Assembly: GCA_035250975.1 (NCBI GenBank)
Contig: DATFEP010000061.1
Coordinates: 32,001-96,000 of the forward strand
DNA length: 64,000 nt
DNA from: Nitrososphaeraceae archaeon
Lineage (GTDB): Archaea > Thermoproteota > Nitrososphaeria > Nitrososphaerales > Nitrososphaeraceae
Direction of reading: 5' to 3'
How positions within the stretch are numbered: the stretch's first letter is position 1; every line of letters starts with the position of its first letter. The notes under the pieces are model-generated. The model saw nothing but the letters and a program-made list of their open reading frames with translations. It was not told where the DNA came from and did no database searches. The position numbers and the translations under genes were made by a program. Of this stretch, positions 63,117 to 64,000 are shown piece after piece.

Positions 63117-63278
63117 TCACTTTTTACTAGACCTGTAATATTTTTTATCTGGTTTAAATGCCTTACAAGTACAATTGCCAATAAGACACTTCATTTTGTC
63201 TTTTGAAGTCCTATCATGATCAACTTTTTGGTGTTCACATCTCAAACACTTAACATATAAGTCCAACTCATTGTCCAA
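63117..63278 (-). CDS. Small Cys/His-rich metal-binding protein (53 aa), not in ORF track
   Basis: MDNELDLYVKCLRCEHQKVDHDRTSKDKMKCLIGNCTCKAFKPDKKYYRSSKK; TTG start. Confidence 0.6.
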   Translation of the reverse strand: MDNELDLYVKCLRCEHQKVDHDRTSKDKMKCLIGNCTCKAFKPDKKYYRSSKK

Positions 63279-63827
63279 ACGGATTTACCATATTATTTAG
63301 CAGAATTAACGCATATAAATTCTATATTATGAAGAGATAATAAACGCTCAGAAGCTTCACTATATTCAAATAAACAGAAAATTTAACAATAAATACGATA
63401 AAAATTTGATAATAATTCGACTGGCTCGTATTAAAAAATTATATTATGAAACAAAATATTTAATTAAGATCTTGTAAAAAAATGCCAATCTCATACCTTA
63501 TGACTAGCAAAATAGCCGATAAATTGTTAGAATAGGCTATTGTAGTTGGAATTTTAACCTCTAATTTATGGAAAATACGAGTACTTTTTATAGACACAAA
63601 GAAATTCAAGAATTTAAGCATTAATTATAGTATGGACCATTAATATCTTGTAAAGGTATTATTTTCACAATGCCTAGGAGAAACTGCTAGGTGTATAATG
63701 ATCGCATAGAACGTGTACACGCCTTGATGCATGGTTCCGTGCAAAACAAGATGAGTTTATCTTTGTTAGGTTTGTTCAAACTAATTTAAATAATTCTCTA
63801 AAATGGAGCATACCCAATCATCTACAT

Positions 63828-64000
63828 TCAGTCCTTATTACGATTGAAATTAAATTCATCTACTATCTGAATAAGATTATTTATTGATTCAAATCTACCT
63901 ATTTCATTAAGAGAATGAGCATCGCTCCCCAAATGAAATTTCACACCATTTTTTAAAAATATTCTTATCCATTTCTCAGGGGGTCTACGATATTTTGCAT
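63828..64000 (-). CDS. C-terminus of a PHP-family phosphoesterase (5' part outside the window)
   Basis: ...AKYRRPPEKWIRIFLKNGVKFHLGSDAHSLNEIG...; GSDAH is the PHP C-terminal motif. Confidence 0.75.
   Translation of the reverse strand, partial: AKYRRPPEKWIRIFLKNGVKFHLGSDAHSLNEIGRFESINNLIQIVDEFNFNRNKD

Noticed and set aside
1-64000. CRISPR array, provirus or defence island
   Set aside because: No regularly spaced repeats, integrase, capsid or defence genes seen; neither tRNA has a visible att duplication.

Overview
AT-rich (roughly 30% GC by eye) core-genome segment of an ammonia-oxidising archaeon (Nitrososphaerota/Thaumarchaeota, probably a soil Nitrososphaeraceae such as a Nitrosocosmicus-like organism; inferred from fused RpoA'/A'', unsplit RpoB, class I LysRS, the 3HP/4HB-cycle acetyl/propionyl-CoA carboxylase and an ESCRT-III/CdvB paralog). 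It holds housekeeping genes: aroA'/aroB', nadE, purM, lysS, elp3, pyrB, nrdJ, the L18-S5-L30-L15-secY-adk-cmk-cbf5 block, larB/mdh/larC/larE/iscS, accCAB, rfcL, the rpoH-B-A-L30e-nusA-S12-S7 block, taw1, KEOPS genes and rdgB. There are also two intron-containing tRNAs (Ser-GGA, His-GTG) and two dead IS elements, one with a nested 112-bp MITE. The best candidate for an undescribed system is a 720-aa wHTH + ATP-cone + catalytically dead class III RNR (NrdD) fusion directly upstream of nrdJ, with repeats 31 bp apart in the nrdJ upstream region; it may be a nucleotide-sensing regulator built from a pseudo-enzyme. Also notable are a divergent isoprenyl-diphosphate-synthase-fold protein, a PurF pseudo-enzyme with a partner ORF, and several small ORFs absent from the ORF track. 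All calls come from reading the sequence by eye; no searches were run.
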